Below the pieces are notes generated by a model. It saw only the letters and a list, made by a program, of their open reading frames with translations. It did not search any database and had not been told where the DNA came from. The position numbers were made by a program, and so were the translations under genes. DNA of 64,000 nt. Origin: an uncultured Planctomycetia bacterium (lineage in GTDB: Bacteria > Omnitrophota > Gorgyraeia > Duberdicusellales > 4484-171). The stretch spans positions 146,276 through 210,275 of the forward strand of contig CAZAYU010000001.1 in the NCBI GenBank assembly GCA_964489445.1, read 5' to 3'. Position 1 is the stretch's first letter; each line of letters opens with the position of its first letter. This document shows positions 19,645-31,098 of the stretch, one piece after another.

Positions 19645-20157
19645 TCAATATTTGATTAAAGAATACGTGGGGTATTTTTTGATTTTATTTCGGCCCTTAA
19701 GGTTGACCAGCTCGATTAAAAATGACACTCCGACAATATTTCCTTTTACTTTCTCAGCTAATTTAATCAAAGCTAAAGCAGTCCCGCCAGTAGCCAATAA
19801 ATCATCTAGAACCAAAATATTTTTACCAGAAGGAAAAGCATCACGATGTATTTCTAAGGAATCTTTTCCATACTCTAACGAATAAGTGCTGCGATACACT
19901 TTAGCGGGTAACTTTCCCGGCTTACGGACAGGAACAAATCCACAATTTAGTTTATAGGCAAGTACTCCCCCAAAAATAAAACCTCGAGATTCCGCAGCAA
20001 CAATATAATCAATCTTTTTACCTTTAATTAGGTTAACCCATTCATCAATTGTCTTTTTAAACGCTTTTTTATCGTTCAACAAAGTAGTTATGTCTCTAAA
20101 CAAAATACCTTTTTTGGGAAAATCAGGAATCGCTCTTATCCGGTCTTCTATCTTCAT
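19645..20157 (-). CDS. apt: Adenine phosphoribosyltransferase
   Basis: PDFPKKGILFRDIT, LDDLLATGGT. Confidence 0.96.
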   Translation of the reverse strand: MKIEDRIRAIPDFPKKGILFRDITTLLNDKKAFKKTIDEWVNLIKGKKIDYIVAAESRGFIFGGVLAYKLNCGFVPVRKPGKLPAKVYRSTYSLEYGKDSLEIHRDAFPSGKNILVLDDLLATGGTALALIKLAEKVKGNIVGVSFLIELVNLKGRNKIKKYPTYSLIKY

Positions 20158-20169
20158 ATTCGCCTCCGG

Positions 20170-20985
20170 TTATAACTGTTTTTTCTGCTCTTCGGTGACA
20201 TAATCCTTTAACTTTTGCAAAGCCTCTTTTTCAATCTGTCTGACCCTCTCTCGAGATATTCCCAATGCTTTCGCTACTTTAGCTAAAGTGTGTGGTTTCC
20301 CGTCAATTATCCCAAAACGCAGATTAAGCACCAGTTTTTCCCTCTCAGCAACAGAATTTAAAAGCTGTTCTATTCGCTCTCGGTTAAACATATTGTCAAT
20401 CATGTCAGAATTGTTAGTGTATTCACGATTCTTAACAAAATCAGCTAATGTTGAACCGCCATTGGCACCTACTGGAGCATCTAGCGATGATTTTTTTTGA
20501 ATCCACATTTCAATCTCGCCAATTTTAGCAACCGGCATTTTTAACTGACGAGCTATCTCTCCACGTGAAGGTTCCTGGCTTGTTTTTTGTCTTAGCTTTT
20601 CTTTTGCCTTCTTGTACTTAGAAATGAACTCACTCATATAAACGGGGATCCTAATTGTCTTTCCTTGATCAATCAACGCTCTGGTTATTGCCTGGCGTAT
20701 CCACCAAGCAGCATATGTTGAAAAACGATAGCCACGTGTGGTATCGAATTTATCAATAGCACGCATCAAACCAATATTCCCTTCAGCTATCAAATCCATT
20801 AACGATAGATTAAAATGAGCATAGTGCTTAGCAATACTAACCACTAATTTTAAATTGCAGTTAATAATCTTACGCCGAGCATCTCGATTGCCATGTTTTG
20901 CTTTCTTGATAAAATCGATCTCCTCATGCTTCTTAAGTAAGGGAAGATCTTTTATGCTGTTTAAGTATGCCCTCAACGCTTCCAT
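20170..20985 (-). CDS. Sigma-70 family factor, RpoD/RpoS-like, lacking region 1.1
   Basis: [46 protein letters not shown]. Confidence 0.9.
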   Translation of the reverse strand: MEALRAYLNSIKDLPLLKKHEEIDFIKKAKHGNRDARRKIINCNLKLVVSIAKHYAHFNLSLMDLIAEGNIGLMRAIDKFDTTRGYRFSTYAAWWIRQAITRALIDQGKTIRIPVYMSEFISKYKKAKEKLRQKTSQEPSRGEIARQLKMPVAKIGEIEMWIQKKSSLDAPVGANGGSTLADFVKNREYTNNSDMIDNMFNRERIEQLLNSVAEREKLVLNLRFGIIDGKPHTLAKVAKALGISRERVRQIEKEALQKLKDYVTEEQKKQL

Positions 20986-20990
20986 AAAAT

Positions 20991-23678
20991 CTATTTGCCT
21001 TTTTCTTCTATCGCTATTTGGGCCGCTGCCAACCTGGCAATCGGAACTCTAAACGGAGAACAGCTAACGTAATTTAAACCAGCTTTATGGCAAAATTTAA
21101 CCGACTCCGGATCTCCTCCGTGTTCTCCGCAGATACCACACTTGAGATTCTTATTTGTTTTTCTTCCTAAGGTCACAGCCGTTTTCACTAGCTGGCCAAC
21201 ACCTTCTTGATCTATCGTCTGGAACGGATCATCTGGCAAAATTTTCTTTTCTATGTATTCCGGTAAAAAAACTCCGGCATCATCACGACTATACCCAAAA
21301 GTCATTTGGGTTAAATCGTTTGTTCCAAAAGAAAAAAATTCAGCCTTTAAGGCAATCTTATCCGCAGTTAAGGCTGCCCGAGGAATCTCAATCATTGTTC
21401 CTACAGTATATTTTACTTTTGACTTCAGCCTTTTAATAACCCCTTCGGCAGTTTTGCGAACAATATTTTCCAGATATTCGAATTCGTTAGACGTACCTAT
21501 AAGCGGAATCATAATCTCCGGAAAAACTTTAATTCCTTTTTTAGCCATATTACAAGCGGCTTCAATAATTGCCGTTGACTGCATGACACAAAGCTCAGGG
21601 TAAGTAATTGACAACCTACAACCACGATGGCCAAGCATCGGATTTAATTCATGTAACTTTTTAACGAGATCTTCAACCTTTGCCGATGAAATTTTTAAAC
21701 GTTTAGCCATTTCTTTTTGACCTTCAGTATCGTTAGGCAGAAATTCATGTAATGGCGGATCAAGAAGTCGTATTGTTACTGGTAGCCCATTCATTGCCTT
21801 AAAAATACCCTCAAAATCTTTTCTCTGATAAGGTAATAATTTTTTAATAGCTGCTTCTCGTGTTTTGCTGTCCTGGGCTAAAATAAATTCACGAACAGCC
21901 CAAATCCTTTCTCCTTCAAAAAACATATGCTCAGTTCGTGTAAGTCCAATACCTTCAGCCCCTAAGTTCCGAGCCGCTAAAGAATCTTTTGGTGTATCCG
22001 CGTTAGCACGAATATTAAGTTTTCGATATTGGTCAGCCCATTTCATTATCTGAACAAACATTTTATAGATCAAACTTCTTTTAGCGGCAGAATTATTATA
22101 AACAACTCCAGCAATTACCGGGCTAACCGTCGACTTTACATCACCTAGCATAACATCTCCGGTTGTACCATCCAACGAAAGATAATCGCCTTCTTTTACT
22201 GTACTTCCTCCTACCGATATTTGTTTTTTAGCGTAATTAATATTTAAAGCGCTACATCCGGCGATACAACATTTACCCCAACCTCTAGCCACTACAGCAG
22301 CATGTGAAGTCATCCCTCCAGTTGAAGTTAATATTCCTTCAGCAGCATCCATGCCAGCAACATCTTCCGGAGAAGTCTCGTGACGAACAAGAATGACCTT
22401 TTTCCCTTTTTTCTTCCAAGCTTCTGCATCGTCAGCTGTAAATACTACATACCCCGACGCAGCACCTGGTCCGGCAGGAAGCCCTTTTGCTATCTTTTTT
22501 GCCTTGTTTTGCGCTACTGGATCAAAAACCGGAAAAAGAAGCTGATTAAGTTGTTCACCTTCAATCCTCAAGAGAGCTTCCTGAGGTGTAATCATTCTTT
22601 CTTTTACCATGTCATAAGCAATCTTAACTGCCGCAATCCCAGTACGTTTCCCGGTACGTGTCTGCAGCATAAAGAGCTTACCTTCCTGTATAGTAAACTC
22701 TACATCCTGCATATCTCTATAATGCTTCTCAAGTTTTTTCCTTATCTTATTAAGTTCTTCATAAATTTTTGGCATTTCTTTTTTAAGGTCGCTTATCGGC
22801 TCCGGAGTCCTTATCCCAGCCACTACATCCTCGCCTTGAGCATTGATAAGAAATTCGCCAAAAAATTCTTCTCCTCCGTTTGAAGGATTACGCGTAAAAG
22901 CTACACCAGTCCCGGAAGTGTTACCCATATTCCCAAAAACCATTGACTGAACATTAACCGCAGTACCAAGAAGTCCTGTAATTTTATTTATCCTCCTATA
23001 GATTACCGCTCTTTCAATATTCCATGAGCCAAACACTGCATTAACTGCAGCCATTAGCTGCTCTTTTGCATCAGTCGGAAATGGTTTTTTTACGTATTTC
23101 TTATATACATTTTTATACTGCTGAACCAATTCTTTAAGCTGAGAAGCAGTAAGATCACTGTCTTGTTTTACTTTGTATTTTTTCTTAATAGCAGCCATTT
23201 TTTCTTCAAAGTGTCCATGATCAACACCCATGACAACATTTCCAAACATATCAATAAAACGTCGATAGGCATCCCAGGCGAGACGTTCATTTCCAGTTTT
23301 TTTTGCAAGGCCAATAACCGCATCATCATTCAACCCAAGATTAAGAACCGTATCCATCATTCCCGGCATTGAAACCGCAGCGCCGCTACGCACAGAAACT
23401 AGTAAAGGATTATTGGAGTCACCTAGCTTAGCTTGCATACTTTTCTCTAACATAGAGATATTAGCATCTATCTGCTTCTGCAATTCGGCAGGATATTTTT
23501 TCCCATGTTTAGAGTAATAGTCACAGACTTCTGTTGAAATCGTAAATCCCGGAGGCACTGGCACTCCAATACTACACATTTCCGCTAAATTCGCACCTTT
23601 GCCGCCTAAAATATTTTTCATTTTAGCGTTACCGTCTGACTTTCCTTTACTAAAAAAATAAACATACTTCTTCGCCAT
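20991..23678 (-). CDS. ppdK: Pyruvate, phosphate dikinase
   Basis: [38 protein letters not shown]. Confidence 0.97.
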   Translation of the reverse strand: MAKKYVYFFSKGKSDGNAKMKNILGGKGANLAEMCSIGVPVPPGFTISTEVCDYYSKHGKKYPAELQKQIDANISMLEKSMQAKLGDSNNPLLVSVRSGAAVSMPGMMDTVLNLGLNDDAVIGLAKKTGNERLAWDAYRRFIDMFGNVVMGVDHGHFEEKMAAIKKKYKVKQDSDLTASQLKELVQQYKNVYKKYVKKPFPTDAKEQLMAAVNAVFGSWNIERAVIYRRINKITGLLGTAVNVQSMVFGNMGNTSGTGVAFTRNPSNGGEEFFGEFLINAQGEDVVAGIRTPEPISDLKKEMPKIYEELNKIRKKLEKHYRDMQDVEFTIQEGKLFMLQTRTGKRTGIAAVKIAYDMVKERMITPQEALLRIEGEQLNQLLFPVFDPVAQNKAKKIAKGLPAGPGAASGYVVFTADDAEAWKKKGKKVILVRHETSPEDVAGMDAAEGILTSTGGMTSHAAVVARGWGKCCIAGCSALNINYAKKQISVGGSTVKEGDYLSLDGTTGDVMLGDVKSTVSPVIAGVVYNNSAAKRSLIYKMFVQIMKWADQYRKLNIRANADTPKDSLAARNLGAEGIGLTRTEHMFFEGERIWAVREFILAQDSKTREAAIKKLLPYQRKDFEGIFKAMNGLPVTIRLLDPPLHEFLPNDTEGQKEMAKRLKISSAKVEDLVKKLHELNPMLGHRGCRLSITYPELCVMQSTAIIEAACNMAKKGIKVFPEIMIPLIGTSNEFEYLENIVRKTAEGVIKRLKSKVKYTVGTMIEIPRAALTADKIALKAEFFSFGTNDLTQMTFGYSRDDAGVFLPEYIEKKILPDDPFQTIDQEGVGQLVKTAVTLGRKTNKNLKCGICGEHGGDPESVKFCHKAGLNYVSCSPFRVPIARLAAAQIAIEEKGK

Positions 23679-23720
23679 CTTTTCTTTCTCCCTTTTTCTT
23701 ATTGTAAATTCATAATTTAT

Positions 23721-25088
23721 TCAAAAAGTATCAACTTCTTTCTCGAGAAAATCAGAAATTTTAGTCATTTCTATTCTTTCCTGCGTCATTGTGTCCCGAT
23801 TACGCACAGTTACTTTCTTGTCGGTTAAACTTTCCACATCAACGGTAACACAAAAAGGTGTCCCAATCTCATCTTGACGTCGATAAAGCTTACCGATCGC
23901 AGCGGTATCGTCATATATGGCAGGTATTTCATTTTTTATATCACAAAAAATATTTTTTGCAAGACTTACTATCTCATTGTTATTCTTCAACAATGGAAAC
24001 ACAGCTACCCGATAAGGAGAAAGTTCCGGCTTAAGTTTTAACACCGTTCTCAATTTTCCGCGAACATCTTCTTGATGAAATGCATCAGAAATAACCGCTA
24101 AAAAAGTTCGGTCTACACCCGCAGAAGGTTCAATAACAAACGGAACATATTTTTCTTTTAACCGATCATCAAAAAACGATAAATCTTTTTTGCTCCCTCG
24201 AGAGTGTTCTGTCAAATCAAAATCACCTCTATTGGCAATCCCTTCCAGCTCACTCCAGTTTCCGTCAGAATCAGACTCACTTTTAGCAAAAAATGAAAAA
24301 TTAAATTCAATGTCCGTACACCCTTTAGCGTAGTGTGCCAACTCCTCTGGGGCATGCTCTCTTAGCCGTAAATTATTTTTTTGTAATCCTATTTTTTCAA
24401 TATAAAAATTAAATCGCTCATCTACCCACTTATGATAGAATTCTTCCGCTTGGCTCGGATGAACAAAGTATTCTATCTCCATTTGCTCAAACTCCTTCAT
24501 CCTGAATATAAAACTACCTCCTGTAACCTCGTTACGAAACGCCTTGCCAATTTGAGCAATTCCAAAGGGAGGCTTCTTGCGCATCGTATTGAGAACATTG
24601 TTAAAATTAACAAATATTCCCTGTGCAGTTTCCGGACGTAAATAGGCATAGTAAGGATCACTCTCTGAAGCACTCATATTTGTTTTAAGCATCAAGTTAA
24701 ACTTACGCGCTTTATTCTTCTTAGTGTCAATCGCTGCGCCACAGCTAGCGCATTGATACTTATTCTCTTCTATCTTCTCAATTTTATCCAACCGAAATCT
24801 TTTTTTACATTCAGGACAATCTACTAGCCAATCCACAAATCCGCCTAAATGCCCAGAAGCAACAAACACTCCCTCCTGCATTATTATGCTGCTGTCTAAT
24901 CCAACAATATCCTCTCTTTCTTCAACATAATGCTTCCACCAAATATCTTTAATTCTTTTTTTTAGCATTGCCCCTAATGGCCCATAGTCCCAGATGCTAG
25001 AAAGCCCTCCGTAGATTTCTGACCCCCCAAATACAAACCCCCTTCGGCGACATAGAGAAGTTATCTTTGTTAATCTGTCTTCGGCCAT
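23721..25088 (-). CDS. glyQS: Glycine--tRNA ligase (alpha2 type)
   Basis: LRPETAQGIF, FRMKEFEQME, IGKLYRRQDEIGTP. Confidence 0.95.
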   Translation of the reverse strand: MAEDRLTKITSLCRRRGFVFGGSEIYGGLSSIWDYGPLGAMLKKRIKDIWWKHYVEEREDIVGLDSSIIMQEGVFVASGHLGGFVDWLVDCPECKKRFRLDKIEKIEENKYQCASCGAAIDTKKNKARKFNLMLKTNMSASESDPYYAYLRPETAQGIFVNFNNVLNTMRKKPPFGIAQIGKAFRNEVTGGSFIFRMKEFEQMEIEYFVHPSQAEEFYHKWVDERFNFYIEKIGLQKNNLRLREHAPEELAHYAKGCTDIEFNFSFFAKSESDSDGNWSELEGIANRGDFDLTEHSRGSKKDLSFFDDRLKEKYVPFVIEPSAGVDRTFLAVISDAFHQEDVRGKLRTVLKLKPELSPYRVAVFPLLKNNNEIVSLAKNIFCDIKNEIPAIYDDTAAIGKLYRRQDEIGTPFCVTVDVESLTDKKVTVRNRDTMTQERIEMTKISDFLEKEVDTF

Positions 25089-25190
25089 AGCCTTTAATTA
25101 TACCCTAAAAATTACTTTTTTTAAGGTTTTTTTTATAATCTTTAAGCTTATTTGTTTTCACTTGTACACTCCAAAAAATCAGCTAAAATG

Positions 25191-25955
25191 CTATTCACTG
25201 TTAACCACCATTATTTCTTCAGGGGTGTTGACTATAATCTCTGGGCCATTATATTCTCTAATTCTTCCGGTAATCTCAACAAGCTTACCGCGATAAAACA
25301 GCAACGGATCAACCCCTTTTTTTCTAAAACTCTCTATCGAATTGTTAAAAACTACCACTGTAAAATCTGTCTGCCAATCTTCGCCAAAATTTAAGAATAC
25401 ACATTTGGAAGATTGGTAAGTACTCTTAACGTAGCCTCGAACAGTCTTTATCTGGCCAACATATAGTTGAGCATCCTCTGAGAATATAATTTCATAGCTT
25501 CCCCAAAGACCTTTATTTTGTTCTCGAGCCTCTGTTTGTAATTTATAAAATAAATTAGCGTGTTTAACATTAGGAGGATAAGTATAAACTACCGCATATC
25601 CCTCTTCTAATAATTTTGCATTAATAAATACCCCATCTACATAGCAATAACCAAGAATTCGTCCATAGCGATCTTTCTTTTCAATATCATATTCAATTTT
25701 TACTGTTTTTCCCAATACTAACTGTTGATTATATTCTTTTGCTTCTAAAGCAAACGGCTGAGGAGAATAAACAAAATTGTTTTTCTTTTTAATTCTCACT
25801 TCTGGAGTATCAATACCAATGTATCTTAGTAGTTTTCCTCCAGATAATTTAATCGTATCACCATCAATAACTTTTAATACTTTTTGTTCAGTACCATTTT
25901 GTGGACTACTACAGGCAACAAGCAGGAAGAATAAAAGAAATAGTTTTCTAATCAC
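25191..25955 (-). CDS. Lipoprotein thermonuclease (SNase) with C-terminal OB-fold domain
   Basis: Lipobox LVAC; VIDGDT, GIDTPE, DRYGRILGY; C-terminal FLNFG...VEITGRI. Confidence 0.88.
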   Translation of the reverse strand: MIRKLFLLFFLLVACSSPQNGTEQKVLKVIDGDTIKLSGGKLLRYIGIDTPEVRIKKKNNFVYSPQPFALEAKEYNQQLVLGKTVKIEYDIEKKDRYGRILGYCYVDGVFINAKLLEEGYAVVYTYPPNVKHANLFYKLQTEAREQNKGLWGSYEIIFSEDAQLYVGQIKTVRGYVKSTYQSSKCVFLNFGEDWQTDFTVVVFNNSIESFRKKGVDPLLFYRGKLVEITGRIREYNGPEIIVNTPEEIMVVNSE

Positions 25956-26329
25956 TGTAGAGCTTGAACAATGTTCTGAAATATTTCTTGAGCAAACTGA
26001 GGTTTAGGTAGCAGTAATTTCTGCGCGGAAACCTTAAGTCTCTGAATTCCGGGATTTATAATATTAATTTTTAAAGCTACATTGTATCCATTAACCCTTG
26101 CTTTTATCCTTCCTTTTGACTCATCAGCAAGATACACTCCGGCTTTCATTTCTTTTAAAGTTTTCAAACTAGCATCCCATAACTCTCGATATTCACCTTC
26201 AACATTCCCTTTTGCCGAATCACCGACTATTGCATAACCAGTTACTCCAGCTATACCCACACCGATTAGTATCGGAAGACATCCGCTAAGTAAACACAAG
26301 ATTGAACAGTAAATAAAAAACTTCTTCAT
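25952..26329 (-). CDS. Lipoprotein, DUF3568-like
   Basis: Lipobox LSGC followed by Gly-rich hydrophobic helix; probable start 26329. Confidence 0.65.
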   Translation of the reverse strand: MKKFFIYCSILCLLSGCLPILIGVGIAGVTGYAIVGDSAKGNVEGEYRELWDASLKTLKEMKAGVYLADESKGRIKARVNGYNVALKINIINPGIQRLKVSAQKLLLPKPQFAQEIFQNIVQALQ

Positions 26330-26466
26330 AGCGTTATTTTCAACCAAATGTAATATATCAAATTATTGTACTTTTGCAAGAACTAATAGCTATAATCTTC
26401 CATTTTGTTCTTCAATCCACCAAAATTATTATCAAAATATTTGTTGACCAGACCTTCAAGGCTAAT

Positions 26467-27381
26467 CTAACGAATACTCTTAAAAAGACTTTGAAAGGTC
26501 GAATAAGAAGGATTAAACCCTAACGCCTTGATCCGTTCAATACTATAAGCTCTATCTTTAGCAAAAAAATTCAGCTTCTTCCCTAGAAAAGGTAGCGCTC
26601 TTAATACAGTACTTACCGGCTTATTAACCGCAAATGGTTTAGGTGCGTTTAGCGCTTTAACAAAAATCATCAACACTTCTTTTACAGTAAGAATTTCATC
26701 ATCAGCAATAAAAAATGCCCCTTCAAGAAACTCTTCCCGACTCAATGAGAAAATCATAGCCTGAACAACATTCTTTACACTCACTAGATGAAATTTTTTA
26801 GTGCCCCCATCAATTATAGGTAATATTCGGCATTTCGCCCCTAAAGATATTCTGTCTATCATGTGTGGTTCATTTTTTCCGTAAACCATACAGGGTCGAA
26901 TAATTACTGCCCTTAGTCCTTTTCCTCGACACTCTAAGACTATCTTTTCTGCCTCTATTTTCGATTGGCCATAGATATTGGTAGCAGAAAATGGTAGATC
27001 TTCAGTCAACGGAACTTGCGGATTGCCGCTAACCACAGCTATTGAGCTTAAATACACTAACCTCTCTACATTCAACAATGACGATAATTCACATATATTT
27101 TTTGTGCCCAAAACATTTATTTTATGTAAAAGATGATGATTTTTATTTTTAACATAGCCAGCACAGTGAAACACAACATCAATTTTATTTTCCAAAATTC
27201 CGACTAATGATTCTTTCTTGGTAATGTCAGCATAAATTAATTGCACACCAAAATGCTCGATCAATTTTGCTTTTTTTCTATTGCGCACTAAACAAAAAAG
27301 AGAATGAATTCCTAATTTAGCTAACTCCTCAACTAAATTTTGTCCAATAAATCCGGTTGCTCCGGTAATTAGAATATTCAT
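26467..27381 (-). CDS. NAD-dependent epimerase/dehydratase
   Basis: GATGFIG, YGQSK (YxxxK). Confidence 0.9.
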   Translation of the reverse strand: MNILITGATGFIGQNLVEELAKLGIHSLFCLVRNRKKAKLIEHFGVQLIYADITKKESLVGILENKIDVVFHCAGYVKNKNHHLLHKINVLGTKNICELSSLLNVERLVYLSSIAVVSGNPQVPLTEDLPFSATNIYGQSKIEAEKIVLECRGKGLRAVIIRPCMVYGKNEPHMIDRISLGAKCRILPIIDGGTKKFHLVSVKNVVQAMIFSLSREEFLEGAFFIADDEILTVKEVLMIFVKALNAPKPFAVNKPVSTVLRALPFLGKKLNFFAKDRAYSIERIKALGFNPSYSTFQSLFKSIR

Positions 27382-27386
27382 TTGTA

Positions 27387-28373
27387 CTAGCTATCGGTAG
27401 CTGATTTTAGACTTTTAATTTTCATTTCCCGCTCATTCAGTATTTTATTTATTTGAACTGTATCTGGGCCAGAAATACTCCAGCCAACACTGCCTAAATT
27501 ATCTTCACACTGCTCATTTTTACGCATGCCCGCTATTACTGAGGTAACCCCTGCCTGGTTGAAATTCCAATTAAGCGCTAACTGAGAAAGGGTCTTGCAA
27601 TAAGAATGCGCAATATCTCTTAGTTTAAGGAGAACTTCTTTATTAACCGATAACCGCGGTTCCTCTAAATCAGGCTTCTTCATCTTTCGATTAATATCCG
27701 AAGGAATATTAACACCATTAAAAAAAAATTTACCGCTTAAAATTCCACTATATAGCGGAGCATACGTAATTACCGCTATATTCCTCTCCCTGCAAAAAGA
27801 AAGCGTCTCTTTCTCAATATCCCGAAAAAACATGCTATACTGAGGTTGCAGGGAACAAACTGGGCAACACTTTTCAAATTCCTTAATCTGAGATACTGAA
27901 TAGTTACTTACTCCCACTGCCTTAATAATTCCTTTCTGATAAAACTGGTACATGGTTTCTGCAGTTTTAGCAATTGGAGTATCCGGATCTGGCCAATGCA
28001 CTTGATAAAGATCAAAATAATCTGTATCTAATCGCTTCCTTGATTCATCTAACTCCTCAAACATTCTGCTTGGTTTAAGATTGTGAAAAATATTTCGTCC
28101 CTCCCAACTTAAGCCTAGCTTAGTAGCTAAAATAATTTTTTCGCGTAAACCTCGTTTTTTGATAAAAGAACCAATTAACTTCTCTGAGTATCCCCTTCCA
28201 TAAACCGGAGCAGTATCAATCAAATTAATTCCCTCGGTAATTGCTAAATCTAACACCTCCTGAGAATCACTATCTTTTTGACTACCCCACCATCGATCAT
28301 TGCCAAACGCCCATGTGCCTAGTGCTAAAACCGAAACCTTCAGCTCTGATTTTCCTAAATTTCGATAGTCCAT
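27387..28373 (-). CDS. Aldo/keto reductase
   Basis: LGTWAFG, DTAPVYG, DLYQVHWPD, GVSN. Confidence 0.93.
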   Translation of the reverse strand: MDYRNLGKSELKVSVLALGTWAFGNDRWWGSQKDSDSQEVLDLAITEGINLIDTAPVYGRGYSEKLIGSFIKKRGLREKIILATKLGLSWEGRNIFHNLKPSRMFEELDESRKRLDTDYFDLYQVHWPDPDTPIAKTAETMYQFYQKGIIKAVGVSNYSVSQIKEFEKCCPVCSLQPQYSMFFRDIEKETLSFCRERNIAVITYAPLYSGILSGKFFFNGVNIPSDINRKMKKPDLEEPRLSVNKEVLLKLRDIAHSYCKTLSQLALNWNFNQAGVTSVIAGMRKNEQCEDNLGSVGWSISGPDTVQINKILNEREMKIKSLKSATDS

Positions 28374-28567
28374 AATATTTCTTCTCCTTAGTTTTATCTT
28401 ACCATAATAGTCATAGTTAAAGATAGACTATCTACTCTAATTAAATGTCATATCATCTTCCTTTTCGCGATAAATGTCTTTGGCCTTATAAAAAAACCCT
28501 TTACCTTTTTAAAATATTGCTTTGCCTCCATACTGCTTACCGCTGGAAACTGCTTTCCTACAACAAA

Positions 28568-29566
28568 TTAATAAGTTGCTTTGCGTTTCAGGCTATGGCC
28601 ATAACCTTCCGAGATTTGACATCCTAATGAAGTGACTAACTTTTTAACAGATAAATAATTTTGCTGGGGAGATTTTAGAGAAACTTCTTTTCCTGGATAT
28701 ATCTGATAGTATTTTCGGTAACGCACCGGGGTTACATTAGGCATAATAACATTTGCCCCACATTTAAGTGCTTTCTCCCAACCTCGTGAGTCAACAACTC
28801 CCAATGCAGTAGTTGCCGGCAAATGCAAATTTTCGGTTAAAATTCTAACTAGCGCAACCACTTTTAAAGTATCTATCATCCTCCCGGGCGTTTCCCGCTT
28901 TAAAGGAGTATCTGGGTGAGGAATAAACGGACCGATTCCAGCCATATCTAAATCAAGTTTTTTTATGAGTCGAATGTTATTCGCTAAAATCCCCGGTGTT
29001 TGTCCGGGCAAACCAACCATAAATCCAGAGCCAACTTGATATCCGATTTTTTTTAGCCATTCAAGACAAAGAAATCGTTGTCTATAAACAGAGTCGGGTT
29101 TTAGCTTTCGGTAAATACGTAAAGATGAAGTTTCGAATTTAAGTAAGTACCGATCTGCTCCGGCCATCTTGAAAGCTTGATAATCTTTACGTTTCTTTTC
29201 CCCGATAGACAAAGTAAGCGCGCAACCAGTTTGTTTTTTTATCTTAGCTATCAACCGACAGATCTTACCAACTGAATAGTACCCATCTTCCCCAGATTGC
29301 AGAACAAGTGTTTTGCAATTTAGATACGCAGCTTGTTTAGCAATTTCTAATATTTTTTCCTCCGATATCCGATAACGCGTTAATCTAAAATTACTCCGCC
29401 GCAAACCACAATAAAGGCAGTCCCGACTGCAATAATTAGAAAATTCGATTATTCCCCGAAGATGAATATCCAAACCACAAAAATTTTGCCGCACAGAATC
29501 AGCTTCCGTAAATAATCTTTGCGTTTTTCGACTAATTAGATGCCTAATTATTTCTCTTTTATTCAT
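28568..29566 (-). CDS. hydE: [FeFe]-hydrogenase maturase HydE (radical SAM)
   Basis: RGIIEFSNYCSRDCLYCGLR, GPFIPHPDTP, YQIYPGK. Confidence 0.93.
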   Translation of the reverse strand: MNKREIIRHLISRKTQRLFTEADSVRQNFCGLDIHLRGIIEFSNYCSRDCLYCGLRRSNFRLTRYRISEEKILEIAKQAAYLNCKTLVLQSGEDGYYSVGKICRLIAKIKKQTGCALTLSIGEKKRKDYQAFKMAGADRYLLKFETSSLRIYRKLKPDSVYRQRFLCLEWLKKIGYQVGSGFMVGLPGQTPGILANNIRLIKKLDLDMAGIGPFIPHPDTPLKRETPGRMIDTLKVVALVRILTENLHLPATTALGVVDSRGWEKALKCGANVIMPNVTPVRYRKYYQIYPGKEVSLKSPQQNYLSVKKLVTSLGCQISEGYGHSLKRKATY

Positions 29567-29595
29567 TACCCAAACTCACAAACATAATAATATCA

Positions 29596-31098
29596 TCAAA
29601 AGTATAGATCACGCTGGCCTTCTTTAACCCGATTGTAATACTCAACCATTTTTGGAAAAAATCCGGGCATCTTTTTTTCTACCTCTTTTATTTCTTTAGC
29701 AATAACTTTTTCACCTGCTTGTTTAGTTAGCTCATCAGCGAAATCATCTAACCACTCCCGGAAAGTAAGCACTGCATTTAACTTACAAAATTTTCCTTCC
29801 TGACCACTTCGTAATAGATTCATAATTCTAACTCCAGTTCTTCCGCAACGATAACCAGCAGTACAAAACGAAGTAATACAACCTTGCTTGCTAAAATGAT
29901 AAATCAGCTCGTTGAGAGTGCGAGTATCACCTAATACAAATTGCTGACTCTGTGGTTTTTGTTCAGAATATGAATCGCTATACGCACCAACACCTATGCG
30001 AGTTGAGGCATCAGTTTGTGTCCAGCCCAAACCAAGCGTTTCATTGCGCATCTGAGCACTTTCCCGGGCAGTAATGATCATCCCTGTATAAGGAATCGCC
30101 AAACGAATTACTGTCATTAAGTGTTTAAAGTCCCGATCACTAACCTTACACCCAGAATCTTGAGTAAATGGAGCACAAGTTGCCGGCTCTAGGCGCGGAA
30201 AAGAAACTGTATGCGGCCCAATACCAAATTTTGCTTCTAGTTCATGTGCATGAGATAACAAGCCTAATACTTCAAATTTCCAATCATCTAAACCAAATAA
30301 AACACCAATGCCCACATCATCAATCCCCGCTTCAAACGCCCGGTGCATTGCATAAAGCCGCCACTTGTAATCACCTTTAATCGTTCCTTGAGGATGAACA
30401 TTAGAATAAGTTTGGCGATTGTAGGTTTCCTGAAATACCTGATAAGTACCAATGCCTGCATCTTTTAACACTTTAAGATCTTCAATAGACATCGGAGAAG
30501 CGTTAACATTTACTCTTCTTATCCGGCCCCAGCCATTTCTAGTTTTAACTTTTACTTGATAAATAGTATTGATTGTTTTAGCGATATAATCAATGTCTGA
30601 TTGGGGAGATTCTCCGTAAACAACAATCAATCGTTTGTGTCCAATTTTTCCCGCTAATGACTCTGTTTCCATAGCAACCTCTTCCGAGGAAAGAACTTTT
30701 CTGGAAATCTGTTTATTATCACTGCGAAAACCACAATAAAGACAATTGTTTACGCAAGCATTACTTAAATAAAGTGGTGCAAAAGTAACGATTCGGTTGT
30801 CATAAACTTTTTTCTTAACCTTCTGAGCAACTATTTGCATTTTTTCCAAAAGCTGTGGATCCCTAACATTCAAAAGAACAGCAGCTTCGTTTAGCGATAA
30901 AGTTTTTATTGCTAATGATTTCTCCAGGATATCCTCTACTTCTTTGCAAGAATTGTTTTTGCTATCAAGGGCTTCGCTAATTGTCTCATGATCAATAAAA
31001 TCCCGGCCCTTGTCTAGATACTTGGTAATTTGTTTCGAATTAATTCTTTTATTCATCCATAACAAATCATCACTACAATCTTTTTTCATTTTTACCAT
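29596..31098 (-). CDS. hydG: [FeFe]-hydrogenase maturase HydG (radical SAM)
   Basis: FAPLYLSNACVNNCLYCGF, GPHTVSFPR, auxiliary cluster CX5CX19C, GQRDLYF; start may be 31089. Confidence 0.95.
   Translation of the reverse strand: MVKMKKDCSDDLLWMNKRINSKQITKYLDKGRDFIDHETISEALDSKNNSCKEVEDILEKSLAIKTLSLNEAAVLLNVRDPQLLEKMQIVAQKVKKKVYDNRIVTFAPLYLSNACVNNCLYCGFRSDNKQISRKVLSSEEVAMETESLAGKIGHKRLIVVYGESPQSDIDYIAKTINTIYQVKVKTRNGWGRIRRVNVNASPMSIEDLKVLKDAGIGTYQVFQETYNRQTYSNVHPQGTIKGDYKWRLYAMHRAFEAGIDDVGIGVLFGLDDWKFEVLGLLSHAHELEAKFGIGPHTVSFPRLEPATCAPFTQDSGCKVSDRDFKHLMTVIRLAIPYTGMIITARESAQMRNETLGLGWTQTDASTRIGVGAYSDSYSEQKPQSQQFVLGDTRTLNELIYHFSKQGCITSFCTAGYRCGRTGVRIMNLLRSGQEGKFCKLNAVLTFREWLDDFADELTKQAGEKVIAKEIKEVEKKMPGFFPKMVEYYNRVKEGQRDLYF

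Noticed and set aside
24250-24300. Short extra loop in GlyRS (AKSESDSDGN)
   Set aside because: Small variable-loop insertion with no repeat or element signature
28445-28627. 60-aa plus-strand ORF in the hydE/AKR gap
   Set aside because: No SD or motif; overlaps the hydE 3' end antisense
29780-29870. HydG apparently missing a Cys of CX2CX22C
   Set aside because: It matches the known CX5CX19C variant (Thermoanaerobacter italicus type); not a defect
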